A DNA stretch of 64,000 nucleotides, taken from Escherichia coli. GTDB taxonomy: Bacteria > Pseudomonadota > Gammaproteobacteria > Enterobacterales > Enterobacteriaceae. Shown piece after piece: positions 51,585-62,591 of the stretch. The number at the start of each line of letters is the position of its first letter. Position 1 is the first letter of the stretch. Position numbers and translations under genes: made by a program. The stretch lies in the NCBI RefSeq assembly GCF_003018115.1, contig NZ_CP027457.1. One strand, given 5' to 3'. The notes beneath the pieces were generated by a model. The model was given only the letters and a program-made list of their open reading frames with translations. It had not been told where the DNA came from and did no database searches.

Positions 51585-51624
51585 ATACCCACATGGCTGA
51601 TAAGATACCCACATGGCTGATAAG
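51585..51624. repeat. Perfect 20-bp tandem direct repeat in the kptA-yjiH divergent intergenic region
   Basis: ATACCCACATGGCTGATAAG occurs twice head-to-tail; read directly. Confidence 0.85.
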
Positions 51625-51692
51625 GTTTTTCAGTTCCAGGAATTTTCCTGGCTCAAGCAACACACAAACACAAAAAAACAATGGGGATTGTT

Positions 51693-52376
51693 ATGACACA
51701 ACAAGGGGATGCTGTAGCCGGGGAGCTGGCGACAGAAAAAGTGGGCATTAAAGGGTATCTGGCTTTTTTTCTCACCATAATCTTTTTTTCCGGTGTTTTT
51801 TCCGGAACAGACAGCTGGTGGCGCGTTTTTGATTTTTCCGTTCTGAACGGATCGTTTGGGCAACTGCCTGGTGCGAACGGAGCCACCACCTCATTTCGCG
51901 GCGCGGGTGGTGCGGGGGCTAAAGATGGCTTTCTCTTTGCGCTGGAGCTGGCACCGTCAGTCATTCTCTCTCTGGGGATTATTTCAATTACCGATGGTCT
52001 TGGTGGATTACGCGCCGCGCAGCAGTTAATGACACCTGTGCTAAAACCGTTGTTGGGCATTCCAGGGATCTGCTCGCTGGCGCTGATCGCTAACTTGCAA
52101 AACACTGATGCCGCCGCCGGTATGACCAAAGAGCTGGCGCAGGAAGGTGAAATTACCGAACGCGATAAAGTGATTTTCGCCGCATATCAAACCAGCGGTA
52201 GCGCCATCATCACCAACTACTTCTCTTCCGGCGTCGCGGTGTTCGCCTTTCTGGGCACGTCCGTAATCGTACCTTTAGCCGTCATCCTGGTGTTTAAATT
52301 TGTCGGAGCCAACATTTTGCGCGTCTGGCTTAACTTCGAAGAACGTCGCAACCCAACGCAAGGAGCGCAAGCATGA
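51693..52376 (+). CDS. yjiH: Nucleoside-recognition-domain (Gate) inner membrane protein
   Basis: Translation from MTQQGDAVAGELATEKV... (227 aa) with GGGGA upstream; an alternative in-frame ATG at 51681 is possible. Confidence 0.8.
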   Translation: MTQQGDAVAGELATEKVGIKGYLAFFLTIIFFSGVFSGTDSWWRVFDFSVLNGSFGQLPGANGATTSFRGAGGAGAKDGFLFALELAPSVILSLGIISITDGLGGLRAAQQLMTPVLKPLLGIPGICSLALIANLQNTDAAAGMTKELAQEGEITERDKVIFAAYQTSGSAIITNYFSSGVAVFAFLGTSVIVPLAVILVFKFVGANILRVWLNFEERRNPTQGAQA

Positions 52377-52834
52377 CAACTCAGGTCCGCAAAAACGTCA
52401 TGGATATGTTTATCGATGGCGCGCGCCGTGGCTTTACTATCGCCACGACCAACCTGCTGCCAAACGTGGTGATGGCGTTTGTCATCATTCAGGCGCTGAA
52501 AATTACCGGCCTGCTCGACTGGGTGGGGCATATCTGTGAACCCGTAATGGCGCTGTGGGGATTACCCGGTGAAGCGGCAACCGTCCTTTTAGCCGCATTA
52601 ATGAGTATGGGCGGCGCAGTCGGTGTTGCCGCCAGTCTGGCAACCGCTGGCGCATTAACCGGTCACGATGTCACCGTTTTACTGCCCGCGATGTATTTAA
52701 TGGGCAACCCGGTGCAAAATGTCGGTCGCTGCCTGGGGACAGCCGAAGTGAATGCCAAATATTACCCGCATATCATTACGGTCTGCGTGATTAACGCATT
52801 GCTGTCGATCTGGGTTATGCAGCTTATTGTTTAA
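52373..52834 (+). CDS. yjiG: SpmB-like nucleoside-recognition-domain inner membrane protein
   Basis: 153-aa ORF overlapping the yjiH stop (ATGA). Confidence 0.8.
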   Translation: MTTQVRKNVMDMFIDGARRGFTIATTNLLPNVVMAFVIIQALKITGLLDWVGHICEPVMALWGLPGEAATVLLAALMSMGGAVGVAASLATAGALTGHDVTVLLPAMYLMGNPVQNVGRCLGTAEVNAKYYPHIITVCVINALLSIWVMQLIV

Positions 52835-52846
52835 CAAGGAGTTACC

Positions 52847-54019
52847 ATGATTGATTATACCGCAGCCGGTTTTACCCTGCTGCAGGGAGCGCATTTGTAT
52901 GCGCCAGAAGATCGGGGAATTTGCGATGTCCTCGTCGCTAACGGCAAAATTATCGCCGTTGCCAGTAATATCCCTTCTGACATTGTACCGGACTGCACGG
53001 TTGTCGATCTCAGCGGGCAGATCCTCTGCCCAGGTTTTATTGATCAACACGTCCATTTGATTGGCGGTGGCGGCGAAGCAGGTCCCACGACGCGCACGCC
53101 GGAAGTGGCGCTAAGTCGCCTGACGGAAGCGGGCGTCACGTCAGTGGTTGGTCTGCTGGGCACCGACTCTATCTCTCGCCACCCGGAATCCCTGCTCGCC
53201 AAGACCCGTGCGCTCAATGAAGAAGGCATCAGCGCCTGGATGCTGACCGGCGCTTATCATGTCCCTTCCCGCACCATTACGGGTTCCGTGGAAAAAGACG
53301 TGGCGATTATCGATCGTGTGATTGGCGTGAAATGCGCCATCTCTGATCACCGTTCTGCCGCACCGGACGTTTATCACCTGGCTAATATGGCGGCAGAATC
53401 CCGCGTTGGCGGTTTGCTCGGCGGTAAACCTGGCGTCACCGTGTTCCACATGGGCGACAGTAAAAAGGCATTACAGCCTATTTATGACCTGCTGGAAAAC
53501 TGCGATGTGCCGATCAGCAAGCTGCTGCCGACCCACGTTAACCGCAACGTACCGTTGTTTGAGCAGGCGCTGGAGTTCGCGCGCAAAGGCGGCACCATCG
53601 ATATCACCAGCAGCATTGACGAACCGGTCGCCCCTGCCGAAGGTATTGCCCGCGCCGTTCAGGCGGGTATTCCGCTGGCACGCGTCACCCTCAGCTCCGA
53701 CGGCAACGGTAGCCAGCCGTTCTTCGATGATGAAGGGAATTTAACCCATATCGGCGTTGCAGGTTTTGAAACGTTGCTGGAAACCGTGCAGGTGCTGGTT
53801 AAAGACTATGATTTCAGTATCAGCGATGCCCTGCGCCCGCTCACCAGTAGCGTAGCCGGTTTCCTTAACCTGAGCGGGAAAGGCGAAATTCTGCCAGGCA
53901 ATGACGCAGACTTACTGGTCATGACGCCAGAATTGCGCATTGAGCAGGTATACGCTCGCGGCAAACTGATGGTCAAAGACGGCAAAGCCTGCGTGAAAGG
54001 AACGTTTGAAACGGCTTAA
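52847..54019 (+). CDS. iadA: Isoaspartyl dipeptidase (amidohydrolase superfamily)
   Basis: 390-aa ORF with metal-binding HxH motif (DQHVHLIGGGGEAG). Confidence 0.9.
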   Translation: MIDYTAAGFTLLQGAHLYAPEDRGICDVLVANGKIIAVASNIPSDIVPDCTVVDLSGQILCPGFIDQHVHLIGGGGEAGPTTRTPEVALSRLTEAGVTSVVGLLGTDSISRHPESLLAKTRALNEEGISAWMLTGAYHVPSRTITGSVEKDVAIIDRVIGVKCAISDHRSAAPDVYHLANMAAESRVGGLLGGKPGVTVFHMGDSKKALQPIYDLLENCDVPISKLLPTHVNRNVPLFEQALEFARKGGTIDITSSIDEPVAPAEGIARAVQAGIPLARVTLSSDGNGSQPFFDDEGNLTHIGVAGFETLLETVQVLVKDYDFSISDALRPLTSSVAGFLNLSGKGEILPGNDADLLVMTPELRIEQVYARGKLMVKDGKACVKGTFETA

Positions 54020-54083
54020 ACGGTTGTCAGCCGCCCTAATGGACGTAGAATGCCCCCAAGGGCGGCTGACAGAGTAAAACGTA

Positions 54084-54995
54084 ATGGATGACTGTGGTGC
54101 GGTTTTGCATAATATTGAAACCAAATGGCTTTATGATTTTCTGACCCTGGAAAAATGCCGCAATTTTTCCCAGGCGGCAGTCAGTCGTAACGTCTCGCAA
54201 CCGGCATTCAGCCGCCGCATCCGCGCGCTGGAACAGGCGATTGGCGTTGAATTGTTTAACCGCCAGGTGACGCCGCTGCAACTCTCAGAACAAGGGAAAA
54301 TCTTCCATTCGCAGATCCGCCATCTGTTGCAACAGTTAGAAAGTAACCTTGCAGAGCTGCGTGGCGGCAGCGATTACGCGCAACGTAAAATCAAGATAGC
54401 CGCTGCACACTCTCTTTCCCTCGGTCTGTTACCGTCCATTATCAGCCAGATGCCGCCGCTCTTTACCTGGGCGATTGAAGCTATTGATGTCGATGAAGCG
54501 GTCGATAAACTGCGCGAAGGGCAAAGTGACTGTATTTTTTCCTTTCACGACGAAGATTTGCTGGAAGCGCCGTTTGACCACATTCGCTTATTTGAATCTC
54601 AATTGTTCCCTGTCTGCGCCAGTGACGAACATGGAGAAGCACTTTTTAACCTCGTGCAGCCACACTTTCCGTTACTGAATTACAGCCGCAACTCCTACAT
54701 GGGGCGATTGATTAATCGCACCCTGACGCGCCACAGTGAGTTAAGTTTCAGCACCTTTTTTGTCTCTTCGATGAGCGAGCTTTTAAAGCAGGTTGCCCTC
54801 GACGGCTGTGGGATTGCCTGGCTGCCGGAGTATGCCATCCAACAAGAAATTCGCAGCGGGCAGCTCGTTGTACTGAATCGGGACGAACTGGTGATCCCGA
54901 TTCAGGCCTACGCATACCGGATGAATACCCGCATGAATCCCGTTGCCGAACGCTTCTGGCGTGAACTGCGCGAGCTGGAGATTGTGCTTAGCTGA
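54084..54995 (+). CDS. hypT: LysR-family transcriptional regulator (hypochlorite-responsive HypT/YjiE)
   Basis: 303-aa ORF with N-terminal LysR HTH ([23 protein letters not shown]). Confidence 0.85.
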   Translation: MDDCGAVLHNIETKWLYDFLTLEKCRNFSQAAVSRNVSQPAFSRRIRALEQAIGVELFNRQVTPLQLSEQGKIFHSQIRHLLQQLESNLAELRGGSDYAQRKIKIAAAHSLSLGLLPSIISQMPPLFTWAIEAIDVDEAVDKLREGQSDCIFSFHDEDLLEAPFDHIRLFESQLFPVCASDEHGEALFNLVQPHFPLLNYSRNSYMGRLINRTLTRHSELSFSTFFVSSMSELLKQVALDGCGIAWLPEYAIQQEIRSGQLVVLNRDELVIPIQAYAYRMNTRMNPVAERFWRELRELEIVLS

Positions 54996-55380
54996 CATTC
55001 TCAAGCGTCGCACTGCGCCAACCGCCATTATCCCAGACCAGATCAAACGTTAGCGGTTCATCGTCGTGGTACAGCATTATCTCAAGGCTGATCGCCAGAG
55101 TGTGGCAGTACGCTTCTTTCAAATTAACCTGCAACGCCGCAATCCGTGGCTCATGAAATAACAGTGCAGAACGCAGCTGACGGCAATACCAGCTCTGGAG
55201 ATGTTTGTCGCTCGGGTTATGCACTTGCCACTCGGGCATGCCTGAAACAAGTAATGACGGTAATGCCGAATGAGGAGAATTAAAAAGAGTGAGGAGATCG
55301 CTGCATACCGATTTACGCAGCAATGACGTTTTATTGCCTGAAATTTTAGGTAAAACAGCCTGAAGTGATTGGCGCATCAT
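54988..55380 (-). CDS. iraD: Anti-adaptor protein IraD (stabilises RpoS by inhibiting RssB)
   Basis: Translation from [25 protein letters not shown]... (130 aa); 3' end overlaps the hypT 3' end by 8 bp (convergent). Confidence 0.8.
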   Translation of the reverse strand: MMRQSLQAVLPKISGNKTSLLRKSVCSDLLTLFNSPHSALPSLLVSGMPEWQVHNPSDKHLQSWYCRQLRSALLFHEPRIAALQVNLKEAYCHTLAISLEIMLYHDDEPLTFDLVWDNGGWRSATLENVS

Positions 55381-56051
55381 TTTGCGCACTCCTGACGTTT
55401 AGCAACATATGCGGCTTGCCCTGAACACCGGGCACCACTGTATTGATGCTCATTTTCCATAGCCATTCCCTTTTGTTCATTACATCCATGTCAGTCTGAG
55501 ACAGGCTTGAATCCTGTCAGCAAAGTATAAAACCTTACTTGCCTATGAATATCTACTGACTTTTCAGGAAAAAAGTCATGATTTGATAAAAATCATCAAA
55601 CTCAAAAAAAAACCGCTAGTATATTCTGAATATTCCGAATAGTTACGTAGATGAAAATACTTGTCACCGCTGCTACTTAATTCCGGTGGGAAATTATTTA
55701 TTTCCGCATAATCAGCCATGTATCATTTGAAACAATTAGTTTGTAAATAATATAAATTGATAACATATCAAATACATCAAAAATACCATTCACAGGCATT
55801 ATTAATATAGACCTCAATATAGCAACATCAAATTCCAATTAGTAATAAGATATGCTTTTAAATTGCATGCAAATAATTTTAAATGAGCGTTTTTTGATAC
55901 TTTAGAGTGTTTCCTACCCTTTAATATCACTGTGTAGAGTTGATATCACTACAACAGAAACATGCATGTCATTTTTTTACTTCTTTTTTACTACAGAAAA
56001 ATTTATCTATTTTTCTAAACATCAGTGAAATACTCATAAAAGGTAACTATT

Positions 56052-56882
56052 ATGTCTATGCCATTAAGCAATGCCCTTCAGAGTCAAATTATTACAGATA
56101 ATCACTTCCTTCATCATCCCAAAGTCGACAATAAGTTAACACGTGAATATGAATATGCACGCATGGATACGGAAAACATCTATCTTCTGCCTCTTACTCG
56201 TGGCAATAACCATAATTATGATGGAAAAAGCGTTGTCGAAATTAGAAAACTTAATATTAGCAAACAGTCCTGGCCATTTAATTATGTGACAGAAACATGC
56301 AGAGAATTCAATGGTATTACAACAACAGGACGAATGCTCTATCGAAACTTGAAAATCACCTCAGCTTTAGACGAAATATATGGTGGCATATGTAAAAAGG
56401 CGCATGCTGCCACAGAGTTAGCAGAAGGATTATTGCTAAATTTATTTATGAAGAGCCCTTTCGATCCTGTTGAGGACTATACAGTTCATGAAATAACGTT
56501 AGGCCCTGGTTGCAATGTTCCTGGTTACGCCGGAACCACGATAGGATATATTTCAACCCTTCCAGTTTCTCAGGCAAAAAGATGGACCAATGAGCAGCCA
56601 AGAATTGATATCTATATTGATCAGATAATGACGGTAACAGGGGTAGCAAATTCTTCCGGATTCGCCCTTGCCGCATTACTTAATGCTAATATTGAGTTGG
56701 GTAATGACCCAATCATTGGTATAGAAGCCTATCCTGGTACCGCGGAGATCCATGCAAAAATGGGATATAAAGTTATCCCCGGTGATGAAGATGCGCCACT
56801 CAAACGCATGACTCTGCAACCGTCATCTCTTCCAGAACTGTTTGAATTAAAAAATGGTGAATGGAATTATATTGGTAAATAG
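56052..56882 (+). CDS. yjiC: Uncharacterised protein YjiC
   Basis: 276-aa ORF preceded by a roughly 670-bp AT-rich intergenic region; synteny and recalled YjiC N-terminus. Confidence 0.75.
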   Translation: MSMPLSNALQSQIITDNHFLHHPKVDNKLTREYEYARMDTENIYLLPLTRGNNHNYDGKSVVEIRKLNISKQSWPFNYVTETCREFNGITTTGRMLYRNLKITSALDEIYGGICKKAHAATELAEGLLLNLFMKSPFDPVEDYTVHEITLGPGCNVPGYAGTTIGYISTLPVSQAKRWTNEQPRIDIYIDQIMTVTGVANSSGFALAALLNANIELGNDPIIGIEAYPGTAEIHAKMGYKVIPGDEDAPLKRMTLQPSSLPELFELKNGEWNYIGK

Positions 56883-57022
56883 CCACTGAGAAGAATGAGT
56901 ACTAATATTCAGGTTATACAGATATTTAAACAATACCCTGCAATTTACAAAGTAATACTCATTGCGACTTCTTAATTTAAGAAAGCGCAAGGAACGTTTA
57001 CCCTTGCGCTTATTATAATAAG

Positions 57023-57796
57023 TCAGGCGTCGACTTTATCCAGCGGCCATGAATCAAAGAGATAGCCGTCAAAATAAATATCGTCAACGTTCGAGAATTC
57101 CAGCAGACGTTGCTTAACGTTTTCCAGATGCTGCCACATTGCCAGCTTCGCCGCTCGGGCATCTTTTTTGATTAACGCGGCGAGGATCTGTTTGTGATCG
57201 CCCAACCACTCTTTGCGATACAGGCTGTCATCCAGATGGCTGTGCAACTGGATCCACATTGGATTGTTTTCCCGCCACTGCCAGGACTGACGGAATAACT
57301 CCACCAGCATGCTGTTATGCGTTGCTTCGGCAATGGCGAGATGGAACTGCATATCACCGCTTTCGCTGCTACCCGGCGCGCTGGAAGCCAGTTCACGCTC
57401 TTCCAGTTGCAATGCCTGACGCATTTTGACGATATCTTCGCGGGTAGCCTGCAAAGCGGCAAACTCGGCGATGTTGCTCTCCAATAACTGCCGCGCCTGT
57501 AACAGCTCAAAAGGACCGGCATCGTTGCAGACGTTGGCATCCGGACTGTCTGTGTTCTGGCTGCCTGAGTTATCAAGAACATAGATACCGGCACCCCGGC
57601 GTACTTCCACCAGCCCTTTGATCTCCAGCATGATCAGCGCTTCACGTACCACCGTCCGCGTGACATCAAGCATTTCTGCAATTTCACGCTCCGGCGGCAG
57701 CCGTTCGCCAGGATTGTACGGCGTCTTTATGATCAGATCGCGGATCATCGCCCCGACTTCCTGGTAAGGTCTTTGCGCAGAGGTGGCAGATTTCAT
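57023..57796 (-). CDS. uxuR: GntR/FadR-family hexuronate regulon repressor
   Basis: 257-aa ORF with N-terminal GntR HTH and FCD domain. Confidence 0.9.
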   Translation of the reverse strand: MKSATSAQRPYQEVGAMIRDLIIKTPYNPGERLPPEREIAEMLDVTRTVVREALIMLEIKGLVEVRRGAGIYVLDNSGSQNTDSPDANVCNDAGPFELLQARQLLESNIAEFAALQATREDIVKMRQALQLEERELASSAPGSSESGDMQFHLAIAEATHNSMLVELFRQSWQWRENNPMWIQLHSHLDDSLYRKEWLGDHKQILAALIKKDARAAKLAMWQHLENVKQRLLEFSNVDDIYFDGYLFDSWPLDKVDA

Positions 57797-57833
57797 GGTG
57801 TTGTGTCCGTTAGGTGCGGTTAATCAAATTTTT

Positions 57834-57868
57834 GCCGGATGCGGCGTGAACGCCTTATCCGGCCTACA
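57834..57868. repeat. REP element in the uxuB-uxuR intergenic region
   Basis: GCCGGATGCGGCGTGAACGCCTTATCCGGCCTACA read directly. Confidence 0.6.
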
Positions 57869-57952
57869 ACGGGCAATTTTACGGCCCGTTAATCTCAAAC
57901 TATACCATTAGCACTGGAAGTTGGCACGTACAGGTGGACAAAAAAACGAAAA

Positions 57953-57984
57953 CTGGTCAACCAAATATCAGTTTGATTGACCAG
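57953..57984. promoter_or_regulatory. Inverted repeat CTGGTCAA-N16-TTGACCAG containing a TGGTCAACCAAAT UxuR/ExuR-like half-palindrome, upstream of uxuR
   Basis: Read directly; resembles the recalled UxuR/ExuR operator core TTGGTnnACCAA. UxuR autoregulation is established knowledge. Confidence 0.4.
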
Positions 57985-58008
57985 TAAGTCTGTAGGGTAA
58001 TCAGTTAG

Positions 58009-59469
58009 TTACAGCGCAGCCACACACTCGCGCGCACCGCGTTCGCACAGCTGCTGATATGCCGCCGTCACCGCGCCAACAAAGTCGGCATTCTGCGGCA
58101 GATCATCGGCAAAAATACCGCTCAGGCCCAGCAGCGCTTTCACGCGGTCTGCGCCCTGATACTGCGCGTTGATCTTCTGGAACTCCGCCAGCATCGGGTC
58201 GACCACGTCAATGGCATTACCCTGCTCATCCACGCCCTGGGTGTAACGCATCCAGCCAGCCACGCCCAGCGCCAGGTGACGCCAGCTGCCGCCGTTTTGC
58301 AGGTGCAGACGCACCGGGTCCAGCAGACGCTGCGGTAACTTCTGGCTGCCGTCCATCGCAATCTGCCAGGTACGGTGACGCAGAGACGGGTTGCTGAAAC
58401 GCTCGATCAGCAGCGTCGCATAGGCGTTCAGGTCCGTACCTTCCGGCATCGACAGCGTTGGCGCTTGTTCCTGCATCATCAGGGAGAAGGCCGCTTTGCG
58501 ATAATCCGGGTTAGTCATGGTGTCGGCAATAGTTTCATAGCCGCCGAGGTAACCGAGGTATGCCAGGAAAGAGTGGCTGCCGTTCAGCATACGCAGTTTC
58601 ATCATTTCGAACGGCACAACGTCTGCAACGAACTGTGCGCCCACTTTATCCCAGTCCGGACGACCATTAACGAAGTTATCTTCAATCACCCACTGACGGA
58701 ACGGTTCGCAGGCAATGGCGCACGGGTCGTAAACACCCAGCTGGTCAGCAATTTCCTGTAAGGTTTCTGGCGTCGCCGCCGGAACGATGCGGTCAACCAT
58801 GGTGCACGGGAAGGTGACGTTCTCTTCAATCCATGCCGCTAGCTGCGGGTCACGCGCCTGAGCCAGCCCCAGTACCGCGACCTTCGCCACATGACCGTTT
58901 TCACGCACGTTATCGCAGGACATCACCGTAAATGCTTTCAGCCCTTTTTCACGACGCAGACGCAAGGCTTCGACGATGTAACCAATCGCGGACTTCGGCG
59001 CAGTCGGGTTTTCCAGATCATGCTTGATCAGCGGGTTATTGAGATCCAGTTGACCGCTTGCCGCATCAGCGCAGTAGCCTTTTTCCGTGACCGTTAGAGA
59101 GACAATCGCCGTTTGCGGACGCGCCATCGCGTTGAGAATACCTTCGCAGCCGTCGATTTCCGGATGCAGCGCTTCTTTCATCGAACCGATAATTTTCAGC
59201 TCGGTGCTTTCTGCGCCTTTTTCCGCTACGGTGTACAGCAGTTGCTGTTTTTTCAGGTTTTCGATCAGCACGCGGTCGTTGCCTGGCATCAGGTTAACTT
59301 CGCAGATGCCCCAGTCGCTGTCGGTGCTTTCCAGCAGATGATGGGTATACAGCGCCTGGTGCGCGCGGTGAAACGCCCCGCAACCGAGATGCACAATGCG
59401 TGATTCCAGACGAGAATGATCCCATGACGGGCGGGCAACCGGCAGATTGCTGTCAACAATAGTAGTCAT
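58009..59469 (-). CDS. uxuB: D-mannonate oxidoreductase (fructuronate reductase)
   Basis: 486-aa ORF; mannitol dehydrogenase family. Confidence 0.9.
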   Translation of the reverse strand: MTTIVDSNLPVARPSWDHSRLESRIVHLGCGAFHRAHQALYTHHLLESTDSDWGICEVNLMPGNDRVLIENLKKQQLLYTVAEKGAESTELKIIGSMKEALHPEIDGCEGILNAMARPQTAIVSLTVTEKGYCADAASGQLDLNNPLIKHDLENPTAPKSAIGYIVEALRLRREKGLKAFTVMSCDNVRENGHVAKVAVLGLAQARDPQLAAWIEENVTFPCTMVDRIVPAATPETLQEIADQLGVYDPCAIACEPFRQWVIEDNFVNGRPDWDKVGAQFVADVVPFEMMKLRMLNGSHSFLAYLGYLGGYETIADTMTNPDYRKAAFSLMMQEQAPTLSMPEGTDLNAYATLLIERFSNPSLRHRTWQIAMDGSQKLPQRLLDPVRLHLQNGGSWRHLALGVAGWMRYTQGVDEQGNAIDVVDPMLAEFQKINAQYQGADRVKALLGLSGIFADDLPQNADFVGAVTAAYQQLCERGARECVAAL

Positions 59470-59549
59470 CGTAAACTCCAGAATCCGTCTTCAGAGAGTG
59501 ACGGCAAGGAAGAAGGAACCGGCACGGCGCGCAGCCATGCCGGTGGATA

Positions 59550-60734
59550 TTAACGGCTAAAGAAAGCGCGCTGGATCGCCAGTTCGACACCGCGAACTTC
59601 GGCCAGGCCTTTAAGACGACCAATTGCGGAGTAACCTGGGTTGGTTTTCTTCTTCAGGTCGTCCAGCATCTGATGACCGTGGTCCGGACGCATCGGGATC
59701 AGGTCTTCTTTGCCTTCCGCTTTACGACGGTGTTCTTCTTCAACAATCGCTTTCACCACTTCGTACATATCAACGTCACCGTTCAGGTGCGCCGCTTCGT
59801 GGAAGGTTTTCGGGTTATCTTCACGCATGGTGGAGCGCAGATGGGTGAAGTAAATACGCGGACCGAACTGCTTGATCATATCAACCAGATCGTTGTCAGC
59901 ACGCACGCCGTAGGAACCGGTGCACATGGTGAAACCGTTCGCCATGCTGTTTACGGTATCAACCATCCACTGCATATCTTCAATGGTGGAAACAATGCGC
60001 GGCAGGCCGAGGATCGGGCGCGGCGGATCGTCCGGGTGAACAGCCATACGCACGCCGACTTCTTCAGCAACTGGAATAATCGCTTTCAGGAAGACGGCAA
60101 AGTTTTCGCGCAGCTTCGCTTTGTCGATATCTTTGTACAGCTCCAGGTGTTTACGGAACTGGTCGAGGGTGTAGCCTTCTTCCGCGCCCGGAAGACCAGC
60201 AATGATGTTACGGGTCAGACGCGCTTTGTCTTCGTCGCTCATAGTGGCGAAGCGAACAGCAGCCTGAGCAATTTCTTCTTCGGTGTAATCCGCTTCCGCG
60301 CCTGGACGTTTCAGGATATGCATTTCGAATGCAGCGAATTCGATCTGGTCGAAGCGCAGCGCTTTGGAGCCGTCTGGCAGCACGTATTCGAGGTCAGTAC
60401 GGGTCCAGTCGAGCACCGGCATGAAGTTGTAGCACACGGTGCGAATGCCGCACTGCGCCAGGTTGCGCAGAGTCTGCTGATAGTTAGCGATCCACTGCTC
60501 ATAGTTGCCAGTGTGGGTTTTGATATCTTCGTGAATTGGTACGCTTTCTACGACAGACCACACCAGGCCTGCGTCTTCAACGATCGCCTTGCGTTTGAGG
60601 ATCTCTTCTACGGACCATACTTCGCCGTTCGGGATATGGTGCAGCGCGGTAACCACGCCAGTTGCGCCCGCCTGACGGACATCAGCTAAAGAAACCGGAT
60701 CGTTTGGGCCGTACCAGCGCCAGGTCTGTTCCAT
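59550..60734 (-). CDS. uxuA: D-mannonate dehydratase
   Basis: Translation from [26 protein letters not shown]... (394 aa); start set at the internal Met of the ORF-track entry. Confidence 0.9.
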
Positions 60735-60895
60735 GATTTTTCCTCTTTCACATAGTGGGTTCCACAGCAAAGAGACGCGGAACCCTGGAGTTGTTTAGGT
60801 ATCCGGATGAACAACCAGACCGCAGCCGTGGCGTTGCATCGGATGAGATGGCGTATAAGTTCTACCTTTTGGTAAGACATGTCAACCCGAATTCT

Positions 60896-60913
60896 GAAAT
60901 TGGTTAACCACAT
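60896..60913. promoter_or_regulatory. UxuR/ExuR-type operator (GAAATTGGTTAACCACAT) in the uxuA-gntP divergent region
   Basis: Near-perfect match to the recalled palindromic core AAATTGGTTAACCAATTT. Confidence 0.5.
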
Positions 60914-61004
60914 CACAAGAATTTCACTCTCCTGGTTGTTGCTGCAAATTGCAGCAAAAGGTAATCGATGGTTATTGATCATAGGATGTGACATTCATCG
61001 CAAC

Positions 61005-61020
61005 AATGGTTGACCAATTT
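61005..61020. promoter_or_regulatory. Second UxuR/ExuR-type operator (AATGGTTGACCAATTT) upstream of gntP
   Basis: Palindromic TGGTTGACCA core read directly. Confidence 0.5.
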
Positions 61021-61073
61021 ACATAACATGTCGCCCAAAATAACAACGGTTCAACCAGGTAAGGTAAAACGTT

Positions 61074-62417
61074 ATGCATGTGCTTAACATTCTCTGGGTG
61101 GTATTCGGCATTGGTCTGATGCTGGTACTGAATTTGAAGTTCAAAATCAATTCAATGGTGGCTTTGTTGGTGGCGGCGCTGTCCGTCGGGATGCTGGCGG
61201 GCATGGATTTGATGTCGCTGCTGCACACCATGAAAGCGGGCTTCGGCAACACGCTGGGGGAACTGGCTATCATCGTGGTGTTCGGTGCGGTCATCGGTAA
61301 ATTGATGGTCGACTCCGGCGCGGCTCACCAGATAGCGCATACGCTGCTGGCGCGTCTCGGTCTGCGCTATGTACAGCTGTCGGTGATTATCATCGGCCTG
61401 ATTTTTGGTCTGGCGATGTTCTATGAAGTGGCCTTTATCATGTTAGCGCCGCTGGTTATTGTCATTGCCGCCGAAGCTAAAATTCCGTTCCTGAAACTGG
61501 CGATCCCGGCAGTAGCAGCTGCCACTACCGCACATTCACTGTTCCCACCGCAGCCGGGTCCGGTGGCGCTGGTGAATGCTTATGGCGCAGATATGGGGAT
61601 GGTTTATATCTATGGCGTACTGGTGACGATCCCAAGTGTAATCTGCGCAGGTCTGATCCTGCCGAAGTTCCTCGGCAATCTTGAGCGCCCAACGCCATCA
61701 TTCCTGAAAGCAGATCAACCGGTAGATATGAACAATCTGCCCTCTTTCGGCGTTTCGATTCTGGTGCCGCTGATCCCGGCGATCATTATGATCTCTACCA
61801 CCATCGCCAATATCTGGCTGGTAAAAGATACCCCTGCCTGGGAAGTGGTTAACTTTATCGGTTCCTCGCCGATTGCAATGTTTATTGCGATGGTGGTTGC
61901 ATTCGTACTCTTTGGCACCGCACGTGGTCATGACATGCAGTGGGTGATGAACGCTTTTGAAAGTGCGGTGAAGAGCATTGCAATGGTGATTCTGATCATC
62001 GGTGCGGGTGGCGTGCTGAAGCAAACTATCATCGACACCGGCATTGGCGACACCATCGGCATGTTGATGTCCCACGGCAATATCTCGCCCTACATCATGG
62101 CATGGCTGATCACTGTGCTAATTCGTCTGGCGACGGGTCAGGGTGTCGTTTCGGCGATGACCGCCGCCGGGATTATCAGTGCTGCAATCCTTGATCCAGC
62201 AACTGGTCAGCTGGTTGGCGTGAATCCGGCGCTGCTGGTACTGGCGACGGCTGCGGGTTCCAACACCCTCACCCACATTAATGATGCCTCATTCTGGCTG
62301 TTCAAAGGTTACTTTGACCTGTCAGTAAAAGACACGTTGAAAACCTGGGGACTGCTGGAGCTGGTCAACTCCGTGGTTGGGCTGATTATTGTGCTGATTA
62401 TTAGCATGGTAGCGTAA
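61074..62417 (+). CDS. gntP: Fructuronate/gluconate transporter (GntP family)
   Basis: 447-aa polytopic membrane ORF; synteny with uxuAB. Confidence 0.9.
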
Positions 62418-62482
62418 AAGAACACCAGAGCCTGCCAATGGCAGGCTCAGTTCGGATTGTCGGCAAAGTGCGCTTTGTTTAT

Positions 62483-62518
62483 GCCAGATGCGACGCTGAC
62501 GCGTCTTATCTGGCCTAC
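62483..62518. repeat. REP element between gntP and fimH, after a gntP terminator-like hairpin (AGCCTGCCAATGGCAGGCT at about 62433..62452)
   Basis: GCCAGATGCGACGCTGACGCGTCTTATCTGGCCTAC read directly. Confidence 0.6.
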
Positions 62519-62591
62519 AAAGGGCTAACGTGCAGGTTTTTAGCTTCAGGTAATATTTGCGTACCTGCATTAGCAATGCCCTGTGATTTCT

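Noticed and set aside
59673-60689. 338-aa plus-strand ORF
   Set aside because: Antisense to uxuA; the uxuA frame matches mannonate dehydratase along its full length.
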